Shown here: in pieces, positions 9,892-17,498 of the stretch
Layout of the letters: each line of letters begins with the position of its first letter
Numbering within the stretch: the stretch's first letter is position 1
Origin: Candidatus Omnitrophota bacterium
GTDB taxonomy: Bacteria; Omnitrophota; Gorgyraeia; Aquiviventales; Aquiviventaceae
Direction of reading: 5' to 3'
Length of the DNA: 64,000 bases
Assembly (NCBI GenBank): GCA_016209275.1
Contig: JACQWM010000007.1
Span: forward strand, 6,865-70,864
Translations under genes and position numbers: made by a program
Notes under the pieces: model-generated
Seen by the model: only the letters and a program-made list of their open reading frames with translations
What the model was told of the DNA's origin: nothing
Database searches by the model: none

Positions 9892-9931
9892 CGATATCAG
9901 ATATGAAATGGCCATTTCATATCTGATATCG
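9892..9931. repeat. perfect 40-nt palindrome CGATATCAGATATGAAATGGCCATTTCATATCTGATATCG (GATATCAGATAT family), copy 1
   Basis: Read directly. It lies between the nuoD stop (9935) and the nuoEF start codon (9882), 9 nt upstream of the ATG. It is AT-rich in a GC-rich genome and identical to the copy at 52899-52938. Confidence 0.9.
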
Positions 9932-9934
9932 TAG

Positions 9935-11284
9935 TTAGCGGTCGAGTTCGCCGCCGATCATGTTGACGGAGCCGAACGTCGGGATGATGTCGGCCAGCAT
10001 ATCGCCGACGATGAGCTCGGGGAGTGCTGCCATAATCGCAAAGCATGGCGGGTGCACGCGCACCCGATACGGCCGATCCCCACCGTCGCTGACCACGTAG
10101 AAGCCGACTTCGCCATTCGCCCCCTCGACCGCGCTGTAGTACTCGCCAGCTGGGGGGCGCAGCCCATGGCCGAGCATGATCAGCTTAAAGTGGTTCATCA
10201 GCCCTTCGATGTTGCCATACGTGTCTTCTTTGGCCGGCAACGCCACCCGGCGCTCGCTGGAATAGACCGCCTCATGCGGCCCGCGCGTTGAGCCCTGCAG
10301 CGTTGGATCCAGCGTCACGCGCACCTGTTTGAATCCGGCCACCTGGCCCATCTTCGCCTCATCCACCATCACATTCGCCGGCAGCACGCGGCCTTCAGAG
10401 TCAATATTGATCGGACCGGCTGGGATGCTCGCCAAGGCCTGCTCGATGATGCGCATGCTCTGCTCCATTTCCTCCATGCGCACCAGATACCGGTCATAGT
10501 TATCGCCATGCTCACCCGTCGGGATATCGAATGACATGCGGTCGTAGACGAAATACGGCTGGCTCTTGCGCGTATCGAGTACGATTCCGCTGCCGCGCAG
10601 AAACGGCCCGGTGATCCCGTAGCTGATGGCGCGCTCTTTCGAGATGATCCCGGTCCCCTGCATCCGATCCGCAAAGATGCGGTTGCGCGTCAACAGCGTG
10701 TCGCACTCTAAAACCACCTTGCGAACCTCTTCAAGGACGCGGCGAGTCCATTCGGCGAATCCCTCGGGTAAATCGGCCTTGACCCCGCCGATGCGGCCAT
10801 AGGAGATCGTCAGGCGGGCTCCGGTGACCGCCTCAACCAGCTCCCACAGCCATTCGCGAGCCTTGATCATGTAGAGAAACACGGTAAAGGCGCCAATTTC
10901 CATCGCTGAAGCGCCAATGCAGGTCAGATGGTCGGTGATGCGGGAGATTTCGCTCATGATGACGCGGATGTATTGGCAGCGCTCGGTCACCTCGATGCCT
11001 AAGAGTCGCTCGACCGCAAGGCAAAACCCGAAATTATTGATCAGCGGCGAGACGTAGTTGAGCCGATCGGTGTACGGCATGACGTTGTTGTACGGCCCGC
11101 GCTCGCTTTCCTTTTCGAACGCGCGATGGAGATACCCGATCTCGACATCGCAGCCCATCACGCGCTCGCCGTCGAGCTCGACGATGAGCTGGACGATCCC
11201 GTGCATGGCCGGATGCGACGGGCCCATATTCAGAAACATGTGTCGAGTCTCAGTGGCCGAGTGGCCAAGTGGCTGGGCGGCCAT
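9935..11284 (-). CDS. nuoD: NADH-quinone oxidoreductase subunit D
   Basis: 449-aa protein with the NuoD/49-kDa signature (NMGPSHPAMHGI... C-terminal HPPCFA..). Fits operon order. Confidence 0.88.
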   Translation of the reverse strand: MAAQPLGHSATETRHMFLNMGPSHPAMHGIVQLIVELDGERVMGCDVEIGYLHRAFEKESERGPYNNVMPYTDRLNYVSPLINNFGFCLAVERLLGIEVTERCQYIRVIMSEISRITDHLTCIGASAMEIGAFTVFLYMIKAREWLWELVEAVTGARLTISYGRIGGVKADLPEGFAEWTRRVLEEVRKVVLECDTLLTRNRIFADRMQGTGIISKERAISYGITGPFLRGSGIVLDTRKSQPYFVYDRMSFDIPTGEHGDNYDRYLVRMEEMEQSMRIIEQALASIPAGPINIDSEGRVLPANVMVDEAKMGQVAGFKQVRVTLDPTLQGSTRGPHEAVYSSERRVALPAKEDTYGNIEGLMNHFKLIMLGHGLRPPAGEYYSAVEGANGEVGFYVVSDGGDRPYRVRVHPPCFAIMAALPELIVGDMLADIIPTFGSVNMIGGELDR

Positions 11285-11877
11285 TAGTTCATTGGACCAA
11301 TCAGTGGTTGGCGTCTGCGGACGGGATAGTCTTTGCGCAGCGGATGGCCTGTGAACTCTTCGTACATCAGGATGCGGCGCAGGTTTGGATGGCCGGTAAA
11401 GCGGATGCCGAACATGTCCCAGACCTCGCGCTCATACCAATCCGCCGAGGCCCACACACCGGTCAGCGACGGCACGGTCGTATGAGCCATCGCCACCGGC
11501 ACGCGCACGCGCAGCCGATGGTTGTGAGCCGTGGAATAGAAATGATAGACGAGATCGAACCGATAATCATCATTGGAAACTCCCCGCTCCCACGTTTCGG
11601 TCACCGGACGCGGTGTCATGTAGTACGGCAAGGGTGACGGGGTCACGAGGGTGGGGGCGCTGTGTTGTGCAGTGCCGAATTTGAGGTAGTCCACGCAGGA
11701 AAGGTCCATGAGCATATCGAAGTACTGCGCAGCATCATCACGCAGATACCGTGCCACGTCAAGCAACCCTTCGCGTTTGAGCACGACGGTCTGCTGCCCG
11801 CGAAAGATCCGCGCAGCGATCACGTGCTGCGGAAACCGTTGTCGAATTGCCTCTGCCAAATTCATTTGGCGCTCCAC
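11284..11877 (-). CDS. nuoC: NADH-quinone oxidoreductase subunit C
   Basis: 197-aa 30-kDa subunit family. Sits between nuoB and nuoD with overlapping stop/start. Confidence 0.8.
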   Translation of the reverse strand: MERQMNLAEAIRQRFPQHVIAARIFRGQQTVVLKREGLLDVARYLRDDAAQYFDMLMDLSCVDYLKFGTAQHSAPTLVTPSPLPYYMTPRPVTETWERGVSNDDYRFDLVYHFYSTAHNHRLRVRVPVAMAHTTVPSLTGVWASADWYEREVWDMFGIRFTGHPNLRRILMYEEFTGHPLRKDYPVRRRQPLIGPMN

Positions 11878-12410
11878 AGGTGGGCTTCGGGACGATGCGG
11901 AACCTGCAATTCACGTGGGCGGCCGGCAGGACCCAGCGGATCCTTCGCAGAAGCACCCTGGGCGATCTTTTCCTGAAGTTTCATCAGTCCGTCCAGCACG
12001 TTCTCCGGACGCGGCGGGCAGCCCGGGATGTAGATATCAACGGGCACCACCGTGTCGATGCCCATGACGGTGGCGTAGTTGTCGTAAAATCCTCCAGTGC
12101 ACGTGCACACGCCGAAGGCCACGACCCATTTCGGATCCGCCATCTGGTCATAGATGCGGCGCAGCACCGGCGCCAGCTTATGGCTGATCGTGCCGACGAC
12201 AAAGAGCACATCCGCCTGCCGAGGCGAGAACCGCGGAAAGCCTGCGCCGAAGCGATCCATGTCGTAGTGGGAGGTCGCCGTCGCCATGTATTCCATCCCG
12301 CAGCAGGCAGTGACAAAGGGATATTGGAAAATAGAAAACTTGCGCGCCCAACCCAGGGCCGCATCCAACTTGGTCGTCATCCAGCTGAGTTTTGAGGTAT
12401 CCGCAACCAT
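11862..12410 (-). CDS. nuoB: NADH-quinone oxidoreductase subunit B (N2 cluster)
   Basis: CCGMEYMA...GTC..GG...IPGCPP motifs typical of NuoB/PSST. Confidence 0.88.
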   Translation of the reverse strand: MVADTSKLSWMTTKLDAALGWARKFSIFQYPFVTACCGMEYMATATSHYDMDRFGAGFPRFSPRQADVLFVVGTISHKLAPVLRRIYDQMADPKWVVAFGVCTCTGGFYDNYATVMGIDTVVPVDIYIPGCPPRPENVLDGLMKLQEKIAQGASAKDPLGPAGRPRELQVPHRPEAHLWSAK

Positions 12411-12763
12411 TATTTAAACTCCAACGCGCCCTGCTTCCAGGCATAGATGAACCCCGCGACCACGATCAGCAAAAAGAACCCCATTTCCAGGATGCCAAAC
12501 CACCCCAGCTCTCTCACTAAGACCGCCCAGGGGAACAAAAACACCAGCTCGACGTCGAAGACCACAAACAGCATCGCCACGACGTAGAAATGCACCGGCA
12601 GCCGGCCGGCCGGCAGCGCGATGGGGTCTTTGCCACACTCAAACGGCTGGGCCTTGACCGGATTCGGCTGTTTCGGCCCCAGGAAGGCATTGAAGGACAA
12701 CAGGAGCGCCGCAACCCCGGCGGCAAGGGCAGCCAAAATCAGTATGGCGGCATATTCGATCAT
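12410..12763 (-). CDS. nuoA: NADH-quinone oxidoreductase subunit A
   Basis: 117-aa three-TM protein with the NuoA/ND3 motif (FECG.DP, YFYVVAMLFVVFDVE). First gene of the minus-strand nuo block. Confidence 0.85.
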   Translation of the reverse strand: MIEYAAILILAALAAGVAALLLSFNAFLGPKQPNPVKAQPFECGKDPIALPAGRLPVHFYVVAMLFVVFDVELVFLFPWAVLVRELGWFGILEMGFFLLIVVAGFIYAWKQGALEFK

Positions 12764-12845
12764 CGGCGAAATGTTTCACAGCTTGGGGTTTGAACAGCGG
12801 CCTCGGCGTGGTCGGCCGAGGCTGTCCGGGGGATTATAGCAGGTT

Positions 12846-13349
12846 TTATTTATTGTAGTCGAGGCCGCGCTCGAGGAATTGTTCGTCCATCTTCTTGGGC
12901 GCGAAATAGCTGCGGACGAACGCTTTGAGCGGCTCGATCTCAAACTGGCGGCAGCTATAGACGTCGATCGAAATGAAATCTTTCGGGGTGAGCGTGTGCA
13001 GCTGGATGCCGCTTTCGACCAGGGGAATCCAGCCGGAGAGGCCGGCTTTATCGGGAAATCGCTTGCCGTCGGTGCGGAAGATGAAGGGCGGCGACTGCGG
13101 CTCCACCTTCAAGACGCGCACAATTTCTTCAAGGAAATTGTAGCAGAGGGTCAGATCGTCACAGGCCCCCCGCTTGCAGTCATAGAGATCGAGAAGCAGT
13201 TGATAGCCAAATGGGGCGACGAGCCGCCGTTTGGGTTTGCTCGCTTCGGCGGTTTCGGGCAGATCACACACCTGGGGCATACACCCTCCTCCTACAAGAA
13301 AAATGCAACACCCCGGCGGTTTTCCCGTCGGGGCGATCAGTCGTGACAC
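12846..13349 (-). CDS. S-adenosylmethionine decarboxylase (pyruvoyl-dependent, SpeH-like) family protein
   Basis: Collinear with small bacterial AdoMetDC: G.....DLYDC near the N-terminus, then GLSGWIPLVESGIQLHTLTPKDFISIDVYSC (the ES pair being the self-cleavage/pyruvoyl site, by analogy). Confidence 0.55.
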   Translation of the reverse strand: MSRLIAPTGKPPGCCIFLVGGGCMPQVCDLPETAEASKPKRRLVAPFGYQLLLDLYDCKRGACDDLTLCYNFLEEIVRVLKVEPQSPPFIFRTDGKRFPDKAGLSGWIPLVESGIQLHTLTPKDFISIDVYSCRQFEIEPLKAFVRSYFAPKKMDEQFLERGLDYNK

Positions 13350-13422
13350 GCGAATTGTGTGTTGGTCGTTCGTTCAGTACGGCACCGTCCTGAGTGTCAT
13401 CATATAACAAGCCGCTCGATTG

Positions 13423-14022
13423 TCAATATGATTTCATTGCCGCAAGCTCGCGGCGCAAAAGCTCCAGCGGCAGGCCGATGACGTTGCTGCGGGAACCCGC
13501 GATGCGGGCGATCAGCTCCCCGCGATCCGCCTGCCTGCGCCGCGCCCGGCGCGGCAGGCAGGCCTGCAGCGCATACCCTCCCGCCTTATCGAGCGGCGAG
13601 CTTCGCGCGAACAGCCGCTGAATCGCCCCACGGGTCATCGGCTGAAACGTGACCTGGGTCTTTTCATAGGCCGCGCGCATCCGTCCGGTCCCGGGATCAA
13701 GCAGGCACAGGCCGGTATACACCCAATGGCTATTGCCGCTCAGCTTCTTCAAGAGGCGGAATGCCGCGCGCATCGTGCTGGGTTTGCCAATAACGCGCCC
13801 TTGGAAATAGAGGAAGGTGTCAGCGCCAATGACGATCCCGGAAGCGCGCAGCGGGAGTTTCGCGCAGCGCGCCTTGCCGACCGCGTTGCGCATCGCGTTC
13901 GCGGAGGGCGATTCGTTGCGGCGGATCGTCTCGCGATGGGCCGAACGGACGACGCGAAACGGCCGGCCGAGTTGACGGAGCAGCGCGCGGCGGCGGGGAG
14001 ACCGGGAGGCGAGATACAACAT
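13423..14022 (-). CDS. maf: Maf-like nucleoside triphosphate pyrophosphatase
   Basis: N-terminal LASRSPRRRALL and central Maf motifs. Confidence 0.8.
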   Translation of the reverse strand: MLYLASRSPRRRALLRQLGRPFRVVRSAHRETIRRNESPSANAMRNAVGKARCAKLPLRASGIVIGADTFLYFQGRVIGKPSTMRAAFRLLKKLSGNSHWVYTGLCLLDPGTGRMRAAYEKTQVTFQPMTRGAIQRLFARSSPLDKAGGYALQACLPRRARRRQADRGELIARIAGSRSNVIGLPLELLRRELAAMKSY

Positions 14023-14030
14023 CGACTAAG

Positions 14031-14981
14031 TTAAAACTCTTGAACGAGGGCTCGCATCTCGTTGACGGTCTGGGCGCGGTGGACACGATCACGGAAGGCC
14101 GCCGCTCCCGGATAAGTTCTGAAGTACCAGGCCACGATGCGGCGCAACGGCCCAACTGGATCATGGTCGTATTGCTCTTGCAGATCCATGTGCCGCAACA
14201 CCACGGTTTTGAGTTGCGCCATGTCAGGAAGCGGCGGGGCGGCTTCGTGCTGCAGCGCGGCTTCGATCTGCCGATAGATCCAGGGATTGCCCAGCGCCCC
14301 GCGCCCGATCATGACGCCATCGCAGCCTGAAACATCCAAGAGCCGCCGCGCGCTGGCCGCATCCACCACGTCGCCGTTGCCGATGACGGGAATCGACACC
14401 GCCTCCTTGACACGACGGATTGCCTCATAATTCGCAGCACCCGCGTAGCCTTGCTCGCGCGTGCGGCCGTGCACCGCCACGGCGTCGACCCCGCACTCCT
14501 GAGCAATCCGCGCAATCTGCGCGGCTTCGGCTCCCGTGCCATCCCTGAATCCTAGCCGCATTTTCACCGTGACGGGAACCCGCTGCACGGCGCGGACCAC
14601 GCGCCGAAAGATCTTCTCCGCCGCGCCCGGCTCGCGCAGGAGCATCGAGCCGCCCCCGTGGCTGACGATTTTTGGCACCGGGCAGCCCAGATTCAGATCG
14701 ACCAGGTCAAATCCCATGGCCTCGAGTGTGGCGGCGGCCTCGCCCATCACCTCGGGATGGCAGCCGACGAGCTGCGCGCCCACGGGGCGGTCCTCCGGCA
14801 GCGTTCGCATCATCTCATAGGTATGCTGGACGTTGCGCACCAGCGCCTCAGAAGAAATCATCTCCAGAAACGCAAAGCGCATGCCGGCGGCCCGGGCAAT
14901 GAGGCGAAACGGCAGGTCGGTGCAATTCGCCATCGGCGACTGCACCACCGTCGGTAACTCAAGCGTCTTGAGTCGAATCAT
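14031..14981 (-). CDS. dus: tRNA-dihydrouridine synthase
   Basis: Dus family TIM-barrel motifs (SPMANCTDLPFR, NLGCP, catalytic Cys region). Confidence 0.85.
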   Translation of the reverse strand: MIRLKTLELPTVVQSPMANCTDLPFRLIARAAGMRFAFLEMISSEALVRNVQHTYEMMRTLPEDRPVGAQLVGCHPEVMGEAAATLEAMGFDLVDLNLGCPVPKIVSHGGGSMLLREPGAAEKIFRRVVRAVQRVPVTVKMRLGFRDGTGAEAAQIARIAQECGVDAVAVHGRTREQGYAGAANYEAIRRVKEAVSIPVIGNGDVVDAASARRLLDVSGCDGVMIGRGALGNPWIYRQIEAALQHEAAPPLPDMAQLKTVVLRHMDLQEQYDHDPVGPLRRIVAWYFRTYPGAAAFRDRVHRAQTVNEMRALVQEF

Positions 14982-15013
14982 CGTCCACCTATTATGCTAT
15001 ACTAAGGATCTTC

Positions 15014-16780
15014 ATGGTAGCCCCATCGACGAAAAAAAGCAGCTTGCCGCGTTTCTTACGCTACGTTCGCCCGTATCGGCTGGTACTCGTAGGTGCCGTC
15101 GGCTTCGGGGTCATCCGCTATCTGATCCCCCTGTCCCTCCCCTGGACGATCAAGATTCTCGTGGATGACGTTCTCAAGCCCTCCGCGGCCATCTCCCACG
15201 GCCGGCTCCATTTGATCATGTGGGGGCTGTGCGCGCTCTTCGCGCTCTATGCCGTGGCCAGCTATTGGCGCTCCTACTTCGCCGGTCTCGCCGGCCACCG
15301 TGTCATCTTCGATCTGCGGCAAGCGCTGTATCTGCACGTGCAGCGCATGAGCCTGAGCTTCTTCGAGCGGCAGAAAATCGGCGCGGTCGTCTCGCGGATG
15401 ACGACAGACATCGCCTCCGCCCAGAACTTCGTCGGGGCGGCCTTCGTCAACACCATCATGGACCTGTCGTGCGTGGTGGTGATTATCGGCTTGCTCTTCT
15501 GGGCGCATCCGAGGCTCGCACTGGTCTCGCTGGCCGTGCTGCCCTTGTACGTCGTGATCACCTACGTGTTGCAAAAGGACATCCGCAAGCAAAGCCGCGT
15601 CATGCATTACCAACTGCAGGAAATGTCCGGGGACTTGCATGAGCAATTCGCAGGCATCTCAACGATCCAGGCGTTCACGCAGGAAGAACACGAAGCGCAA
15701 GGATTTCGCGCGCAAAGCGAAGAATATTTTCAGACCGTGATGAGCAGCGTGAAGCTGCAATCCATCGCGCTGGGCGCCACGGGTTTTCTGACCTCGATCG
15801 GCCCCATCCTCGTGCTGTGGTTCGGCGCCACCGAAGTGTGGGCCAGCCGGCTCACCGTCGGCACCCTGATGGCGTTTTACGGCTACCTCGGGTTGCTCTA
15901 CGCGCCCATCCAACGGCTCACTGAGTTGAATTTGATCCTCGCCAACAGTTTAGCCGCGATGGACCGCATCTTCGAGGTCTTTGACACGTTCTCTGACGTG
16001 CAGGAACGGCCCGGGGCCGTCGCGCTGACACGGGGGCGCGGCGAAATCCGGTTTGAACATCTCAGTTTCAAATACGCCGAGCGGGGCTTCGTCCTCAACA
16101 ACCTCACGCTGACCATCCCAGCCGGCACTACGGCGGCCTTGATCGGTCCCAGCGGGGCCGGAAAATCCACGCTGGTCAAACTCTTGCCCCGCTATTATGA
16201 CGTCACGGAAGGGCGCATTGTGATCGATGGCATCGACATCCGGCAGGCCACGCTGAAATCGCTGCGCGAGCACATTGCCATCGTTTCGCAAGAGCCGATT
16301 TTGTTCAGCGGAACGATCGAGGAAAACTTACGGTACGGGAAACCGCAGGCCGGCGCGGACGCCTTGCGCGCCGCGGCCCGCGCGGCGTTCGCGCACAGCT
16401 TCATCGAACAGTTGCCGAAAGGGTATGACACCGAAATCGGCGAACGCGGTGTGAGGCTCTCCGGCGGGCAGAAACAGCGGCTGGCGATTGCGCGGGCCTT
16501 CCTCAAGGATGCCCCGATCCTCATCCTTGATGAGCCGACGTCAGCGCTCGATGCGGAATCCGAGGCATTGGTCAAACAGGCCCTCACACGCTTGCTGGAA
16601 GGGCGCACCGCGCTGATCATCGCGCATCGGCTCTCGACGATCCAGCACGCGGATGTGGTCGTGGTCCTTGATCAGGGCCGGATTATTGAAGAGGGGCCTC
16701 ACGAGGAATTGTTGCGACGCGCTGGCAGTCTCTACCGGCGCTATGCCGAGCAGCAATTATCGCTGTCGCTGACGTCATAG
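15014..16780 (+). CDS. ABC exporter, fused permease/ATP-binding protein (MsbA-like)
   Basis: Six-TM N-terminal domain followed by Walker A (GPSGAGKST), signature LSGGQKQR and Walker B ILILDEPTSALD. Confidence 0.85.
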   Translation: MVAPSTKKSSLPRFLRYVRPYRLVLVGAVGFGVIRYLIPLSLPWTIKILVDDVLKPSAAISHGRLHLIMWGLCALFALYAVASYWRSYFAGLAGHRVIFDLRQALYLHVQRMSLSFFERQKIGAVVSRMTTDIASAQNFVGAAFVNTIMDLSCVVVIIGLLFWAHPRLALVSLAVLPLYVVITYVLQKDIRKQSRVMHYQLQEMSGDLHEQFAGISTIQAFTQEEHEAQGFRAQSEEYFQTVMSSVKLQSIALGATGFLTSIGPILVLWFGATEVWASRLTVGTLMAFYGYLGLLYAPIQRLTELNLILANSLAAMDRIFEVFDTFSDVQERPGAVALTRGRGEIRFEHLSFKYAERGFVLNNLTLTIPAGTTAALIGPSGAGKSTLVKLLPRYYDVTEGRIVIDGIDIRQATLKSLREHIAIVSQEPILFSGTIEENLRYGKPQAGADALRAAARAAFAHSFIEQLPKGYDTEIGERGVRLSGGQKQRLAIARAFLKDAPILILDEPTSALDAESEALVKQALTRLLEGRTALIIAHRLSTIQHADVVVVLDQGRIIEEGPHEELLRRAGSLYRRYAEQQLSLSLTS

Positions 16781-16784
16781 ATCA

Positions 16785-16814
16785 ATATCAGATATCGAAT
16801 TCGATATCTGATAT
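16785..16814. repeat. 30-nt perfect palindrome ATATCAGATATCGAATTCGATATCTGATAT (GATATCAGATAT family, GAATTC-centre variant)
   Basis: Read directly. It lies between convergent stops of the ABC exporter (16780) and the aquaporin (16818), a position consistent with a bidirectional terminator hairpin. Confidence 0.85.
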
Positions 16815-16817
16815 CGC

Positions 16818-17498
16818 CTAGCGTTTGACGAAAAAGACGTTCGCGGACAACCAAGACGCAGCCAGGCCGCCGAGGATCGGGCCGAGCCAGTAGACCACAT
16901 GCCGATGGTCAAGCGCGCCGCCGAGGAGCGCTGGGCCGAAGGCCCGCGCAGGATTCATGGCCGCCCCGGTGACCGGGCCGCCGAGGAGCATACCACACGC
17001 CAGCACGGCGCCGATCCCCCACCCGGCCGCCGCGGACCCGCCGCCTTGGGAGTTGCCCGCCGCGCCGAAAACGGCGAGCACGAGGAAAAACGTCAAGACC
17101 GCCTCAATCACCAGCGCTTGGCCCACCGTCACCGCGGTGATCGATGGCGCGCCGAGGCGCGCGGCGCGCCACACCTCGCTCGGCAGCAACAGCCGAAGCA
17201 CGAGCGCGGCACTCGCCGCCCCCGCGAGCTGGGAACACACGTACGCCGTCGCCGTCTGACGATCGGTGCGATTGACGCTGAGCATCGCCACGGTCACGGC
17301 GGGGTTGAAATGCCCGCCTGAGACGCGCCCGAGGGCTGCGATCATGGCTCCGAAGACGGCGCCATGCGCGACCGCAATCCCTAACACCCCCAGCGCCCCG
17401 CCGCTCCAATGATTCATGCACACGGCCCCCGCCCCGATGAACACCAGCGCAAATGTTCCGACCCCTTCCGCGATGACCGCAGCGCTCGCGCTCATCAC
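16818..17498 (-). CDS. aquaporin/MIP-family channel
   Basis: Two NPA boxes (GGHFNPAVT, NPARAFGP) and six TM helices. Confidence 0.85.
   Translation of the reverse strand: MMSASAAVIAEGVGTFALVFIGAGAVCMNHWSGGALGVLGIAVAHGAVFGAMIAALGRVSGGHFNPAVTVAMLSVNRTDRQTATAYVCSQLAGAASAALVLRLLLPSEVWRAARLGAPSITAVTVGQALVIEAVLTFFLVLAVFGAAGNSQGGGSAAAGWGIGAVLACGMLLGGPVTGAAMNPARAFGPALLGGALDHRHVVYWLGPILGGLAASWLSANVFFVKR

Noticed and set aside
12764-12845. Hairpin cggcctcggcg-tggt-cggccgaggctg in the nuoA upstream region, considered as an intrinsic terminator for the SpeH-like gene
   Set aside because: There is no adjacent T-tract on either strand. It may be a regulatory or processing hairpin in the nuo leader, but I cannot support a terminator or promoter call.
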